NCBI RefSeq assembly: GCF_009914755.1 | Contig: NC_060928.1 | DNA from: the human T2T-CHM13v2.0 reference genome, Homo sapiens | Strand: one strand, 5' to 3' | Length of the DNA: 64,000 nt | In this document: piece by piece, positions 14,247 to 28,519 of the stretch | How the letters are laid out: each line of letters begins with the position of its first letter | How positions within the stretch are numbered: position 1 is the first letter of the stretch | Made by a program: the position numbers and the translations under genes | The notes under the pieces: generated by a model | Seen by the model: the letters and a program-made list of their open reading frames with translations, nothing else | What the model was told of the DNA's origin: nothing | Database searches by the model: none

Positions 14247-15719
14247 CCCATCTTCTGGTGATTTTCTGGCAATCTTTGGTGATCCTTGGCTTTTATGAAT
14301 ATTAATTTTTGTTTTTATCTTCACATGGTATTTTTCCCCTGTTTGTGTGTCTCTGTGATCAAATCTCCCTTTTTTTCTTTTTTATAAGGATACCAGTCAT
14401 ATCAGGTTAGGGCCCACCCTAATGATCTCACTTTAGTTAATTCTTTAGTTAATTACATCTGCAATGACCCTATTTCCAAATAAGATCAGATTGTGAAGTA
14501 CCAGAAATTAGCATTTCAACATATGAATTGCGGGTAGGGGTAGACACACAATTTAATCTATAATGTAGCCCTCTTTCTTTTTTTTCCTTTTACAACCACT
14601 CATTGTTTTACACTGGATTGAAATGTTTGAGTGTAATAAGACAGAGCAAAAATTATATGGTAGGTTTTAATTAGGCAATGACAAAATGCAGGTCATGATT
14701 TCAAAAGATGAACTGAAGTGGAAAAATGAAAGTCAGGAAAGGCTATCATCAGTGTGATAATAAAAGTTAACAGAAGTTGGAAATAATAAGTTTTCCATTT
14801 TGATGGAAAATTAAAACAAAAGAGAATATCTTTAGAAACTAATATAATTATTTTTAAAAACTTCAGATATAATAAAGGTGACTGCTTACTTAGCAAGCAG
14901 ATTGTGTGGTTTTTTTTTTTTTTCAGATTCTAAGTAAAGAGATAGTAGAAAAAAGATTAGAGCCTGGTAAATCTGGACAAGCTTTATTGGAATGTAAATG
15001 AGCAAATCCCTGGGAGACTGCATCATCAGAGCCAAATCTAAAGGATGCACAGAATGCTTTTTTCTGTATTTTTTATTGCTTGCGCCCTCAGATTTCCTGA
15101 CTTTTATCCAAATTTCACCTTATCAGAGTGGACTTCCATATCTAAATTCATACACATTATTATGTTTAGTAGCTTTTTCCCTCCGTTAGAATGAAAATGA
15201 AATTACATTAGTCTATTTCATTCACTCTTGTATCTTAATCACCTAGAGAACTTCTAGAAACTAGCAAGTGCCCACAGTATTTGTTGAAGGAGTGGGCTTT
15301 GTTACACAGTACTGTCTAGAATGTACTGTCTAGAATGTATGTATCAATAATGTTCACACTGAGAACTGCACACTGATGGGCAGAAATCCATGTTTTGCCT
15401 TTGTTTTCTTGTCTTTAGTTACAGTCTCTCATATTTTCTTAACTTTTCATTATTCTGTTTTCTCTCTTACTAATTCTTCCTTTCTTTCTCCTTCCTTCTC
15501 TTTTTCTTTTCTGTGTTTTGATTCTCTCTGTGCTACTTTCCAATCTCTTTTCCTTTCTCTTTCTTTTGGGTGTTTTTTTTTTCTTTGTGAATATCGCAAA
15601 TGTTTTAAAACATATAACTCATTAGTAAGTTATCTTCCCTTTGGAAGGTTAGTCCAGAGGTGTAAATAAAGTCAGTTTATTTACACAAAGGGAATTTTAC
15701 AGTTTCTTTACAACAAAGG

Positions 15720-15960
15720 GAAGTACCTGTAGTGGTTACAAGCAGAACGCTCAGTGTAATATTCTGGCTTTTGGTAGCTGCACAGCTTTGACAATGATTA
15801 TATTACATCGATCATCAATTTATTCAAGTATAGAGCAAAGATAATGTTACTATCTTATGCAGTTATTATGAAGATTGTGAGTTAATGAATTCCCCCTTAG
15901 TTGTGAATCATTTTCTGGTACCATAGAGAACGTTCAAATGATGTTAGCAATTATTGTATG
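15720..15960 (+). mobile_element. MIR fragment
   Basis: gtagtggttacaagcagaacgct...agttattatgaagatt...aaatgatgttagcaattatt. Confidence 0.45.
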
Positions 15961-16509
15961 AAGGGCTAGACAGAATAGAGAGTGAAAAATTAGCCAAATT
16001 CATAATGCCTAATTAATCTGATGATCAAAGGACCATCCTTTCAATAAACAGAAAAGTTAGAAGGTGATCATGAATCACAGTGGTATCATAAGTACAGTTT
16101 CTATAAGGAAGAAATGTGCAGTTCTGATGCTTATATTCTCTGGTCCACTGCTGGACATAAATTATCTAGTGGTCTCACTTGGCTTACATTTACTTTGCCT
16201 GTTACTGGGTTGGTTCCACCAAACTTCCCAAATCTGCCACCAAACTATTTAAGCCATAATAATTTAATCAAATATTGCATCTTTATATACATTTTTTTAT
16301 TGAATATATAAAAATCTTTCCTAAAATAATTTATATAAAAGAGTAACCTATTTAAACAAAGTATTAAAATGCATTTTATATTCCAGGAATAAATAATTAC
16401 CTAGCATGTAAACTCACCCATGACTCATACAGTATTATGAAATAAAATTTCAAATGTGAAACACTATTTAAAAAATAACTATAAAGATATAAGGAAAAAT
16501 ATTATTATA

Positions 16510-16678
16510 ATATTGCCCAACAGAAATTTCTGCAATGATGGAAATGTTCTATACATGTTCCATCCAGTTTGGTAGGTATTAGTCATATGTGACTATTGAG
16601 CACTTGAAATGTGGCTTAAGCATCTGAAGAACTAAATTTTTGATTTTATGTAATTTTAGTTAATTTATATTTAAATTT
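16510..16678. mobile_element. MER3 (hAT-Charlie MITE), partial
   Basis: caacagaaatttctgcaatgatggaaatgttctata...actattgagcacttgaaatgtggct matches the remembered MER3 consensus. Confidence 0.85.
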
Positions 16679-18431
16679 ACATCAAGTTTGTGTGAGAAAG
16701 TCCCTTAAATGGTATTAGTAGCAATGATTTGGTTCTATATTTATTTTATATCATCTCATAATATATAATCTCTTATTGAATTACAAATTTATTTTATAGT
16801 GACCTGGTATGTTTCTTGAAACATGTGGACAACCTTAGTGTAAATATTGTTTTAGAGTCAGTATAACTGCATCAATCCAATTTTAGTTTCTTAATAATTA
16901 TAACTGCAATAATTAATTTTCCAAATCAATCAACAAATCTGATTGAAAACAGTATATTTCTTCACAGCCACATATTCATATTCATTTTTAAGTTCTAATA
17001 ACCAATTTTACCTATGTTTCATACTGAAAGTCCATAGGATTAAATAAAATTAATAGTGAGCAAAAATAACATCTTGTAATCCATTCTAGCTTAATTATTC
17101 AAAGAAAAAAGTCATGAAAACTTAATTATTAATATATGTTGTTTTTTACAGAGTAATTTACAAAATATATTTTGGAAATAATTACTTATTTTATTACTAA
17201 AGGGATGCATTATAAGTGAGCATGTATCATTAAAATATTTTGATCACCTCATTCAATACATAAGTTTATACAGTACTGCATCGTGTTATTAAAAATAAAT
17301 AATTGTTGAATAAGTGAATAAATAAATTACAATTTAGAAAAAGAAAAAAGAAAATATATAAATTAATTACCATAGAAAAATTAAAACAAATAGATTTGCA
17401 AGTGAAGATAGAAGTAGAAAAACATGGAACAAGATGATGAAATGGATATTTATTGGGCCACATTAAATGGAATGTAGTCAAGGTCTTTGGGTTTATAGTC
17501 CCAGTCTAAAAAAAGAGACATTCTTCTTTTCTTTATTTTTTCAATTAAAAATGTTAATGTTATGTTTTACTATGATTTACAATGTTAATATTAATCTCAG
17601 TGGGAACTTTCGCCATTGAGACATAAACACATAAAACTTGGTTACTATTTTCTTTTCAGGGTTTGAAAGTTTTTATTTATATGAGGCAGCCCATCCCTTT
17701 GGCAGTATGGTTCCTACCACTCCCAAGTTTAATAAATATTCTACATTTACTCCAAGATAGAACTTTATTCTATGACTATATACTGTTGCTGTAAACCAAT
17801 TTGTTGTGTGAACCAATGGATTGCCTTTTTGAAGAATTATGATAGCTAAAGATTTTTTAAATTTTTGGACTGGGAAGATAGCTGTTGAACTTCATGGTTC
17901 TTAGATACGTTAGGCATATGAAAGAGGCAGATCAAAACATCTTCAGCCAGATTTGCATTTGAGAGAATAATGTAATTATAACCAAAATGGGATGAAATCA
18001 ATAAAATAACAAAATTTTATTCTTCGGATAAGGTATTTGTGTTTCTTCACAGTTTCTCCCTTTTCCTGAGTGTTATAAATAAACAAAAGATTAATAGAAT
18101 TGAAAATTTTAACAGATGTTTAATAAACAGTTATTGTTTCCAGATTACTGTGGTAGATGCTGAGGAGGAGATACGAATAAATAAAATAAGAAGATACCTA
18201 TTTTTTATATTAAATCTGTAGTAACATTTGATTAATGTAAACTGATCATTCTGATAATCTGAATTCTGAATGATGGCTTATAGTATTAAAATTTACGGTG
18301 GCTCCAGGCTGCATTACTTAGCCCCAGAATAAAAGGGAAAATGTACATAATGCTAATCATATTTTTAAAAATATTAAACAATGTGATAAATGTTTGTGGA
18401 TAAATTTGCATGGAAATCCTTCTTTCCCTTA

Positions 18432-18432
<1 letters not shown>

Positions 18433-18470
<38 letters not shown>

Positions 18471-18476
18471 TGCACG
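18433..18476 (+). repeat. (CA)n microsatellite
   Basis: Seen directly. Confidence 0.95.
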
Positions 18477-18789
18477 CAACCTTAGAACAAACTATGTGGT
18501 ATGAGTTAACACTCTAGAGTTTCAGTGTTGACCAACTTTGGGAGAAGTAAGTAAATGGTTGGAGTAAGATAAATATTCTACTGAGCATTTATTATGTGTT
18601 AGGCCTTGATCTATGTGCTTAAAATATGTGATTTTATTTAACATAACACTATATGATAGATGACATTTTCTAATGTCCTTATTTTTATAGATAAGGAAAT
18701 TAATAAAATTTACTCAGATCATAGAGTTATTAACAACAAAACAGTCATAATTCAGAATTCAGATCTAGGCCTCTTCATGTTGTACTCTA

Positions 18790-18970
18790 CTGTTTCCCAA
18801 TGTATGGCACCCAAACCAACAGCATCAGCATCACCTGAGAATGTGTTACACATGAAAAATCTTGAGCCCCAATCAGAACCTACTGAATCAGAAACTCTGG
18901 GGCAGGGCCCAGGAATTTGTGTCTTAGAAAGACCCCCTGGTGATTCCAGTGCATGCTAATGTTTGAGTGT
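18790..18970. mobile_element. MER5A (hAT MITE), preceded by a MIR fragment (about 18570-18780)
   Basis: cagcatcagcatcacctgaga...acctactgaatcagaaactctggggcagggcccaggaatttgtg. Confidence 0.88.
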
Positions 18971-19090
18971 AGTTGCCACAACTCGTTATCTTAAGCACAA
19001 ACCTACACTATATTGGAACTTTGTTATTTCCTACAACTCATATTTCTGCTGAATGTCACTGCTTCTGGTAATTGAAAATATTAGATTACC

Positions 19091-19280
19091 GTATTAATTT
19101 GGGCTGAGGTAACAAAATACCACAGACTGGGTGACTTAAAAACAGACACTTATTTCTCACAGTTCCAGAGGCTGGAAAGTTCAACATCAAGGTGCCAGAT
19201 TTGTTTCTTGATGAGGGCCCACTTCATGGCTTACAGATGGCTTCTTTCTTGCTGTTCTTTCACATGACCTTTTCATTGGG
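19091..19280 (-). mobile_element. MLT1A-like LTR fragment
   Basis: aacaaaataccacagactgggtgacttaaa...ctcacagttccagaggctggaaagttc. Confidence 0.8.
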
Positions 19281-19784
19281 CCTAATATTATAATGGAATT
19301 AAAAAATATGGTGATACTCAAATATAAGGTTTAAATATATAATTCCTGCATGTTTCAGTATATCTTCCCCTAATGGAATAGCAAAAAGAAAATAGTGAGC
19401 CTAGAAACTATCATGTAGATAACACATTTTAGTTGAGTATAATTTAAAAAAGTGATTCAATAAATAAATATGATTTGCATCCCACCTGAATGAACAAAGT
19501 TTTAAGTGTATCTGAAATTTTTCTAATTTGCTGGGCTAGAAATTATATACAGTTGTTTAAAATCTGTATACATTGTTCTCATGGTACTATTTATCAATGT
19601 AGATAAAAATAGAACATTGTGTATTATTTTAGAAATGTAGTTGGTCATTGTATTGGAAAACTGCCAAACTGTTTGAAGTATAACACTTTCAAAAGCATAG
19701 AATGATTTTCAACAGAGAATTTCAAAATTATAGGAAAATGAATGAAGATAAAACATATCCTCAGAGGAGTGTGTGCTTGATAGC

Positions 19785-20705
19785 TATATTGGTTTCCTAG
19801 GGCTGTAATAACACATTGTCACAGTCTGGATGGTTTAAAGCAGTGGTCCTCAACCTTTTTGGCACCAGGGACCGGTTTTGTGGGAGACAGTTTTTCTACA
19901 GATGGGGCATGGTGAGATGGTTTGGGGATGATTCAAGCACATTACATTTATTGTGCACTTTATTTCTATTACTATTATATTGTAATGTATAATGAAATAA
20001 TTATACAACTCACCATAATGTACAATCAGTGGCAGCCCTGAGCTTGTTTTCTTGTAACCAGACGGTCCCATCTCAGGGTGATAGGAAACAGTGGCAGATC
20101 GTTAGGCATTTACTTGTCATAAGGAGCCCGCAACCTAAATCCCTTGTGTGCGCAGTTCACAACAGAGTTTGTGCTTCTATGAGAATCTAATGCTGCTGCT
20201 GATCTGACAGGGGGAAGAGCTCAGGTGGTAATGCTCACTGGTCAGCCGCTCACCTCCTGCTTTGCCGCTCAGTTCCTAAAAGGCCATGGACAGGTACAGG
20301 TCCATGGCCCAAAGGTTGGAAACCCCTGGTTTAAAGCAATAGAAATGTATCCTTTCGTAATTCTGGAAGCCAGAAGGACAAAATCATGGGTGTCGGCAGG
20401 ACCACACTCCCCCCAAAGGATCTAAGGAAGAATCCTTCCTTGCCTCTTTGAGGTCCTGGTGGCTCCGGGAATTGCTTGGCTTTATAAATCTCTGCCTCCA
20501 CCTTCCCATGACCTCTTTCCTATGTGTCTCTGTGTGTCCTCTTCTCTTTTATAAGAACACCCGCCCTAGAACCCTAAATCAGGAAGGATTTCATCTTGAG
20601 GTCCTTAAAAATAATTAAATCTTCAAAAATGCTATTTCCAAATAAGGTCACATTCTGAGGTACCAAGTAGATATTAAGTTTTTCAGAACACTATTCAACC
20701 CAATC
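19785..20705 (-). mobile_element. MLT1B-like LTR interrupted by MER1A
   Basis: tattggtttcctagggctgtaataaca...; resumes at gcaatagaaatgtat...ctatttccaaataaggtcacattctgagg...actattcaaccc. Confidence 0.85.
19841..20328 (-). mobile_element. MER1A (hAT-Charlie) with perfect 8-bp TSD
   Basis: TIRs cagtggtcctcaacc / ggttggaaacccctg; GTTTAAAG at 19833-19840 and 20329-20336. Confidence 0.93.
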
Positions 20706-21324
20706 CAGTGGGCAAAATGGTAGATATTAGATTTTAAAGGTTATATTTGTTACATGACATTTTGTAAAAATTTTCTCAAAGCATTATAAAGAAATGTTGC
20801 TCATGCTACTCTAGTTTAATTCACATAAATAATTGAAATTCCAATGTTTAAAAAATATTGAAAAGTAAACATCATTTTTTAATTTAAGCTGTTTTGATTC
20901 CAAGTTATTCTAAGCTGATTAGTTTAGTATAACCAGCAACATACCCACAAAATATAATTTAATTTTAAGGGATATTTTTGTTTCATATTTAATATAAAGA
21001 ATGTAGATATTTGGTAAGCAAATTTCGGGAGGGGAAGTCTGTTGTGTTACTCACATTCTCAAAATTCTCATAAGCATATTTACCAATTTTAAACCCTCTC
21101 CCCACACTTTTGGTTTTTACCCCTAATAACATAAATACTGTTGTGAACTGACTGCTGTAGAGAATAATGCAACTTATAATTGGTGGTAAAAAAATTCACT
21201 CTATGTCCACAATGAAAATTAAGCAAACAGATGTAAGTCTTGCCATTTCAGATAAGCATATTTTTTCTGTTAATAAGCTATAGGTAATATGAAAAAGTTA
21301 TTTGTGTGTAACTTACACTGATGA

Positions 21325-22415
21325 TAATTCATTTACTCAATAAATATTTATTGAGCCAAACAGGGGATATAACTCTAAAGAGAAAATGGCACCAAAGAAT
21401 TAACACATTCCTGTTGGGGTCACAATATTAAATATCTCTAGAAGAAATGGAAGTGATTAAAGTGGAGAGCAGATACAGAAAAAAGGCTGTAGTGAAGACT
21501 GAGGAAAATGGGAGATTATACAATCCATTTAATGGCACTGACATGCAGACTACTTAAAATAAATATCAATAAATACATATGAATAAAGGTTCATTTCAGC
21601 TTTCATGCATGAGTGAATTCTGGTGTCAGATTAGTTCACTTTTGCTACTACTTCCTTTTTTATAGACTAAGAATCTAAGGTGTTTTTATTGCATTCTATC
21701 CAATACCAGCATGCTTATAGATAAAAAGAAGTTAGTAAAACCAGCAATCTAAACATAAAAAGATAAATATTTTATTAAGGACATGCATCGGGACAAACTC
21801 AGCAGAGTTGGGGATGGTTTTCCTAAAGCAATGGCATCTTAGTTAAGGATGAAAAGGACCAGTCAGGGCTTGATAGAGAGAGAAGGCAGAAGGTCATTCC
21901 ATTCAGAGAGATCAACAGTGTGTGAAACTACCAGGAGAGAAGTTCAGTTTACTGTATTATTGGGTATTGGAAGAGAAGTGCTAGGGGTTGAAGCTGGGAA
22001 GGTGAATAGGGCCCAGAACATGAGGAGACTAGTAAGCTGTACAGAGATTTATTCTGGGAACACTGGGGAGCCACTAATATAATTTACTAGAGATGTGACT
22101 TGATCAGATTTATACTCTAAAAAGAACATTTTGGCTACAGTGTAGAAATGGATTTGATTTGCAAACACGACTGGAGGCAGAAACACTAGTTGGAGGCCAT
22201 TAGTGCAATTCAAGCCAGAGATGCTGGTGGCATGGACTAAAGTATATCAGCAGAAATGGAAAAGAAATGGACCAGTGTGAATCATATTTAGGAGACAGCA
22301 TTGACACAATGTGGTGATGGATTAGGTGTAGGAGACAGGAAAAACGAAAAGGCAGTAGTCTGATGATACAGTTTCCTGGCTTGAATAAAAGAGTAGATAA
22401 TAGTGCCACTTTCCC
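21325..22415 (-). mobile_element. L2 LINE fragments
   Basis: attcatttactcaataaatatttattgagc tail; ggggagccact...tgacttgatcagattta...ttttggctacagtgtagaaatggatt. Confidence 0.75.
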
Positions 22416-22789
22416 TTAAGGAGTGAGACAAGTTGAACATGCTAATCAACAAATGTATCTCTTATTTTTCCCACTCAATTTCTTTTAGGACATAATTCAG
22501 CAGTTCTAAATTCAGCTGGAGGACATAATATGAAATGGTGACTCTTCCTAATACGTTGCCAAAGTCTAAGTAACACATTTCTCACATTTTTTCTGAAATC
22601 AGGATATCTTGTAATGAATGCCAAAATAAATTTGCCAGGCTCCTGGCAGAGAAGCACTGTAGGGAAACTACTAGAGGGGATATTCTGGCAGAGATTACAC
22701 CTATATGTGTTTGCACTTCCTTTTCTTTAATGAGAGTAGTTAATAAGAATGCATACATGCAAGGAATGCTATCTTGGAAACACCAAGTT

Positions 22790-22858
22790 CATTAAGGCAG
22801 ACTTCTTCAGAAACAACGAACAAATATATATATCTTAGTTGATGCCACCAGCATCTCT

Positions 22859-22905
<47 letters not shown>

Positions 22906-23620
22906 TTGGGGGGAGAGAGAGAGAGAGAAAGATTATTATAAGAATTGGCTCATCCAATGCTTATGAAGCTGAAAACAAAGTCCCATGATCTTATTGATGT
23001 TAGCAAGCTGCAGAACCAGGAAAGCTGGCAGTGTAATTCAACCCAAGTGCAGGAGATTAAACTGAGAACAGAGGTGGAAGAGTAGGGATTTGGGGGGTGT
23101 TGGTGTTGGTGTAAGTCTCAGTCTGAGTTTAAGGCTGAGAATCGGGAGTGCTGATGATGTCCAAAGGCAGGAAAAGATGGATGTCCCAACTGAAGTAGAA
23201 AGCAAATTTGCACTTCTTCTGCCTTTTTTTTTCTATTTAGGACCTCAGTGGTTAGATGAGGCCCATCCCCATTGCGGAGAGCCATCTGCTTTACTCAGTC
23301 TACCTATTCAAACTCTAATCTCTTTGGGAAACATTATCATAAGTACACCCACAATAATGTGGAGTTATTTTATTTTTAAATTTGTTTTTAATTAACAAAA
23401 TTATACATCTGTATTGTGTACAATATAATGTCTTAAAATATGTATACATTTTGGAATGAATACATTGAGCTAATTAACATATGTATTGTCTCACATACTT
23501 ATTTTTTGTGGCAAGAACACTTCAAAGCTACTTTCTTAGTGATATTCAAGAACATTGTTTTACTAGCTATATGGGCATCTTTTTGACCAGTCAAGTTGAC
23601 ATCTAAAATTAACCATCACA
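22790..23620 (-). mobile_element. MLT2 (ERVL) LTR containing (CA)n/(GA)n at 22860-22930 and a nested L1MA 3' fragment
   Basis: aagaattggctca...gcaagctgcagaaccaggaaagc...ctgctttactcagtctac...cagtcaagttgacatctaaaattaaccatcaca. Confidence 0.85.
23362..23552 (-). mobile_element. Short L1MA 3'-end inserted in MLT2
   Basis: T-rich tail, then ttgagctaattaacatatgtattgtctcacatacttattttttgtggcaagaacactt. Confidence 0.8.
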
Positions 23621-25796
23621 CCAAGATTGGCCTCCATTAGAAGAGAAAATGGCAGCAGATCTACTCAAGTTACTGGATGAAAGCTATCACAGTAAGGAAC
23701 GTTCAGGTTCACAGAAATCACTAAATGTTTCCCCCTGCACAGGATGAGTATTTGGAGAAAGAGGGTAAAATTAAGACAGACAAGCAGTTTGACTACTTCT
23801 GTTTATAAATGAGAAAAAATGTGGGGGAGTATTTTTAAGAGTCTCTCAAGTAGAAGTTGCTGGAACTAATCCTAGCAGGCAGAAAGAAGAAAGATAACTG
23901 AGTCTAAAATTGTAATTTAATGGCTGCCATATCGAAGATCTAAGTTAGACCTCAGCACTGACAGAATGGCTGTGCTCTTGAATAACAATGAGGCCTGACT
24001 AGGATGACACCAGCAAGAGATCTTTAAATCAGGGAAACCAGATGACCAATGTTTAGTTGATTTTCAGCACAACACAATGTGGCATTAAGAAGTAGTCGCA
24101 AAAGTGAACTAATCTGACACCAGTATTCATTCAGTGCATGAAAGCTGAAATGAACCTTTATGAATGGCATGGGAGTCCTGGGCTGTTGGAAAATATACAC
24201 AGCAATTCAAGCAGGGTATATTGTACTTCTTAAAAGTATTAAATACAATCAGCAATAATAAAAAATAAAGAGTTATTACTGTATGTCCACTCTGAATTTA
24301 ATGAGTAGTTTCTATACGTAACAGGAATAAGTTATGTACCAGAGTGAAGGTTGTAATACACGAATGTATATCATCCACTGATTTTTACTGTGCTTGACTT
24401 ATTTGCATTGGTAACAGAACCAAATTGAAGTTTAATTTAAAGATTTAACCCTAATTCTTGATAATAAGAACATTAAAATGCCTTCTAAAATATTTTGATG
24501 ATCTTAAAGTGAAACTTTCTGCTAACTACACATAAAGTTATATATCAGACAACACAATGAAAGGCAAATAAATTAACAAATGTCTTGGAAATGAAGTTTT
24601 TTTCCCCTTCATAGGAGGGGTTGTTGCTATTATTTCTTTAACTGTTGAACACTGTTATTCTTGTATGTATGCAAAAAAAACACACAACAGCTTAGATGCA
24701 AACATTTATTATGATATTCACTCCAAGAAACCAAAAAAAGTACAAGATTTTCCCCAGTTATACAGTTTATGTATGCATGTGTACATATATATATTCTACA
24801 CAATATTAACATTGTTAATATTACATATATGTTAATACACATTAATATATATTTATATCTATATTCTACACAATGCTAACATTTCTTCTATTAAGCTGCT
24901 TTTAAAGTGATGCTATTTCAGAAAAAGAAAAATGATGCCATCTTAGAATGAAGATATTATGGTCAAACCTGTCTTAAATAATGAGGAACAACTACCTGTC
25001 TCTTTGGGTTGAAATGGATTTTATTTTCATTTATATCAACAAAAGCTAATTCTAAGAAAGAGTGTCTAATATTAAAAACTTGCAAGATTCTATATCTCTT
25101 AAGCAATCAATGTGCATGTTGATGCAAAGATACAAATAGCTCTGGATTAAGCTATAAACCTTACAGGGTGTGCAAAATAGAGTCGAAGTATTATCTCAAA
25201 TACTCTTCTTGCTCAAATTCCTTTACCTTATTTAAACAATACAGTGTTTTGCATCTGGAAAGTGATGAGTAAAGAAGGATTGTACCAATGCTGATGTTTA
25301 TGTAGCCCACCCCTTCATTGCATTCAAGCTTCCTGCTCAAATGGTACATACAAAAGACACCTTTCTTGACCTTTCTAATTACACACACATACACATACAC
25401 ACAAACACATACATATACACACAAACACACTGCCCTTCCAGCCTTCGGCTACACTGTTATGTATTATCTCACATTATTTAGAATTATTACAATTTCACAG
25501 TATCTAAAAAGCTATGTATTTACTTGCTTATATTCTTCCCATTCAATTGGGAGGTTCAAATAATGAGGGTATAACAATGCCTTATTAGGATAGTAGTATC
25601 AAAAGTGTGTAGAACACACCAGACAGACATCAAGTGCTCAATGCAAATACTGTTGCATATGTGATTTATCTGGGTAACTTGTCAAAAATGACCTTGTAGA
25701 AAACTAGCAATCATTGTCCTTGAAGGAAGAATCACTGCAAAAGAATATGCTTCTAGAAAAATACTTAGGTATTTGGATAAAAAATATGGAGAAGTG

Positions 25797-26172
<376 letters not shown>

Positions 26173-26789
26173 TCAATGATAACATTAATCTCTGCTGTTG
26201 TCTTGATTATTTCTGATAAGGCATTTTTATATTTAGTTTTTTTCCATTTTAGTTCCAGCTTTCAAGTTACTTCTTTATCCAATCTATGCTCTAAATTATT
26301 TATCAGTTTTTATATAATTTCTTAGCAGAAAACTAAACTTTTTCCTAATACTTAAAACTGGCTAAGTTAGAGAATGGAGTTATGTAGACAGTTACCACTT
26401 TCATTTGCAAGTATTTCTCTAGACTTCTTTTTTAACTCTTGGGGAGATTCTTCTTTCACTTTGAGAGGAAATGATTCTAAGGGTAATAAGTGCAATGTTC
26501 ACATTCAAATCAATGATATAATTATATTCTCAGAGAAAAATAAGTACCGCAGATACATACTAAAATATAAGAATGATGAGAAGAAAGAGGCAGAGCTAAA
26601 ACAATATCTGATTTTATAAATTAGCCCGAGTTAGAAAAGCTCCATCAAATAGCTTGTGGAAAATAGAGAGCTAGATATGAAGGAGATATTGAATAAATTA
26701 TTGTGTAATTTGATTTTACTGAAAAAAGACTTGTAAATTTTGTCAATTTGGCAGAAGGTTAAAAATAACTCTATTCTTCTTAACTTACG

Positions 26790-27600
26790 CCGCATGAATT
26801 CATGATAAACATAAAACTAAATATGGAAGATTCAGTGTTAGGTGCTGTGGAGGATTTTTAAAAGTGCTAAGATATGTATCCTGCTTACAATAATCTTATA
26901 TTCATGAATTTCTCTAATATAAGATCAAGAGTGGTGTGTAAAAGAGGAAATGCTTAAATGTCAGGAGGTTCAGAGAACAAAAAGAGTACTTTTAACTGGA
27001 AAGATGAGGAAAGGTTTTATCAAGCGAACTACATTTGTTCTTGTCTGGCAAGGACAAGTATGATCCAGGTATTCGGCTGTGGGCAATAGGTTATTCTGGA
27101 TAGTGAAAACAATGTGAATAAGAATACGTATTTGGGAAAATACAGTGTATCTATGTAGGCCTGTGCAAATTTTATTTGCTAAAGTTTGATAATTGGATAA
27201 GAGTACATAAGGTGGTGACAATAGAAATTTTGTATGCAACTGGGTTGTGCAAACCTTGGGTCAAAGTGGAAAAGGTTTATTTGGTTGGTAATGGAAAATC
27301 AGTATGTATCCTGTATTGCTTCCCATGAGCGCCAGATATGTTCATTGTATTTTACGAATATGTGTGTGACATCAGTGGATATGGAAGCTATGAACAAGAA
27401 GTTAGTTAGGAAATTATTTTCAAGGTCCAGACAAAAGTTAATAAATTCTTCTAAAGTAGAAACTTAAGTAACTTCTGATAATAATCATGGAATAAGAGTA
27501 CAGATGTCAGATAAACTAAATGAAGAATGAGAGAATTTGGCAAATAAAAAGTCAAAACAAATTATAAGTGATTTAAAATTATGAAAATGCTTGAAAGTTT
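26790..27600 (-). mobile_element. Degenerate L2 fragments
   Basis: gtgttaggtgctgtggagg...; agttagttaggaaattattttcaaggtccagac. Confidence 0.45.
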
Positions 27601-27611
27601 TGCATAGATAC

Positions 27612-27656
27612 GTGTATGTGTGTGTGTGTGTGTGTGTGTTTGTGTGTGTGTATGTA
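27612..27656 (+). repeat. (TG)n microsatellite
   Basis: Seen directly. Confidence 0.95.
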
Positions 27657-27660
27657 TCCA

Positions 27661-28505
27661 CAGCTGACCCTAAACAACGCAGGGGTTAAGAGCACCGACA
27701 CTCCACATATTAAACAACCCATGTATGACTTTTGATTGCCAAAAACTTAACCACTAATAGTCTACTGTTAACCAGAAGCCTTCTTATGACTAAACAGTTC
27801 ATTCACACATATTTTGTATATGTATTATATACTGTATTATTACAATGAAAAGCCTTTAGATTTTAGTTGTCTCTGATGTCTTCGCTTTTTCTTGAACCAT
27901 ATTAGAATCTATGGATATGCCTTTCTTATAACAATGCTGCACCCACATAAAAGCTTCTAAGATGAAAAGATATTTCATGAAAAGTGTAAGGTATCTGCAC
28001 CTGCTTGCATAGCTGTAGTGATGCATTCACAAATTTTCTTTTCTTTTTTTTTTTTTTGATAGTGGTCCTTACCCTAGATTTATTTATCTTGAAATAATGG
28101 GCAACCACAGCTGCAAGCTTCAATCTATAGTACATATCAAGCAATTCAACTTTTTCTTGTAATGTCATTACTTTTGCCTGCTTCTTGGAAGTACTTTTGG
28201 CATCACTACTGGCACTTCCTTTTGGTTTCATGGTTATTCACGGTTTACAGTATTGCACTAAACACAACAAAAAATACTTGAGAACCATGAGAGAACAGTT
28301 TTTACTGAGATATGAAATTTACTGTGGAGAACTGCTCGTGTGGAGATGATTGGCATTACATGATGCTTTAAGCAGGTACTTGCAACAGTGAGCTCACCAC
28401 AATAGTAATAGAAGGTGGCTACAAAATTATTGCAGTGATCCCTTATTACTACAGTTAATTTTATGTAGCTAAGATTTAATACTGCATCATTATGTTTGAC
28501 AAACA
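27661..28505 (-). mobile_element. Tigger2 internal-deletion derivative carrying the transposase N-terminus (27926-28231)
   Basis: TIR cagctgaccctaaacaacgcagggg; ORF KKQAKVMTLQEKVELLDMYYRLKLAAVVAHYFKINKSRVRT is a pogo/CENP-B-type HTH. Confidence 0.88.
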
Positions 28506-28519
28506 CTACAAGAGACTAG

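Larger units (their letters stand above)
11989..14566 (-). mobile_element. MLT1(B/C-like) MaLR LTR split into 11989-12161 and 14247-14566 by nested inserts
   Basis: ttagtttgctaggcctgctgttacaaagtactac...aaacaacagaaatttatt; resumes at cttctggtgattttctggcaatctttgg...gaccctatttccaaataag. Confidence 0.85.

Noticed and set aside
27926-28231. Tigger2 ORF as a domesticated TIGD-like gene
   Set aside because: It frameshifts at a poly(A) run after the HTH, and the catalytic DDE region is deleted.
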